A stretch of 64,000 nt of DNA, from the NCBI GenBank assembly GCA_964016885.1, contig OZ024752.1:39928001-39992000 (forward strand). The letters are read 5' to 3'. Of the stretch, positions 63,427 through 64,000 are shown piece after piece. Source of the DNA: Eledone cirrhosa. Its lineage: Eukaryota. Position 1 is the first letter of the stretch. Every line of letters begins with the position of its first letter. Below the pieces are notes generated by a model that did not search any database, was not told the DNA's origin, and worked only from the letters and a program-made list of their open reading frames with translations. Made by a program: the position numbers and the translations under genes.

Positions 63427-64000
63427 CACAACTTCGAGCGATTAGCGGCCTCTAGACTCACCTGATCAATGAAACAATTGTTAATACCTGAAATAAAGCC
63501 CGTTGTTGTACAGCCAACCATGTTACTCTTCATTCTTTCACTATATATATATTGATTGATTGATTTATTGTTGTTAGGAAGGGTATCTAGCCATAGAAAA
63601 ACAGCCAGAAACCTATATTATGAGACACGGTCACCCAACCCAACTTGCCCCTAAAAGGAACAAACCCATCTAACCCATGCTAACGTGGAAGATAGTTGTT
63701 AATCGATGTTGATGATGATGATGTATATATACCATCATCATCATTTAGCATCCATTTTTCCATGCTGGCACAGGTTAGACAGGTTGCCCATATTGGGAGA
63801 CAAATCTGGCCAGAATTGGCCATGCCCTACCTTGCTCCAATGAGAACTGTAAATTTGGCCAGGGATTTTACAACTGGATGCCCTTCCTAACTACCAACCA
63901 CATTTATAGTGTGGAACTGGATGGCACCAATATGAGGAGAGACAGGCCAGCTATATATATATATGCTTTTGGAGAACACTAAGAGAAGACTGTATCAACA

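Noticed and set aside
60080-64000. Next (B-type) cadherin exon
   Set aside because: No AG-bounded frame with YxI / FxI..G.I motifs found; it probably lies beyond the window

Overview
Eukaryotic, AT-rich, repeat-dense DNA; the SINE/LINE repertoire looks like an octopod cephalopod (inference). The whole window lies inside one + strand gene: 25 GT-AG exons (464..60079), all phase 0, splice into a stop-free 1307-aa frame encoding ~12.5 divergent cadherin (EC) repeats of a very long atypical cadherin; start, TM segment and stop lie outside the window. Exons strictly alternate ~61-aa 'A' exons (F-G strands, linker, next A-B strands) and ~42-aa 'B' exons (C-E strands). Calcium-binding motifs are systematically reduced, and junctions mostly alternate between site-3-only and calcium-free. 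Introns are filled with tRNA-derived SINEs, RTE, R4/Dong-like, Tx1/L1-like and CR1-like LINE pieces, piggyBac-, pogo- and Helitron-type non-autonomous elements, microsatellites and many tandem arrays of TE fragments. The main unannotated signal is a set of about ten full-length type I hammerhead ribozyme motifs plus several halves, in short non-coding Penelope-like/retrozyme-like elements embedded in (TA)n tracts. They cluster densely at ~49.0-52.7 kb, often inside long inverted repeats, and two perfect palindromes are centred on ribozyme stem II.
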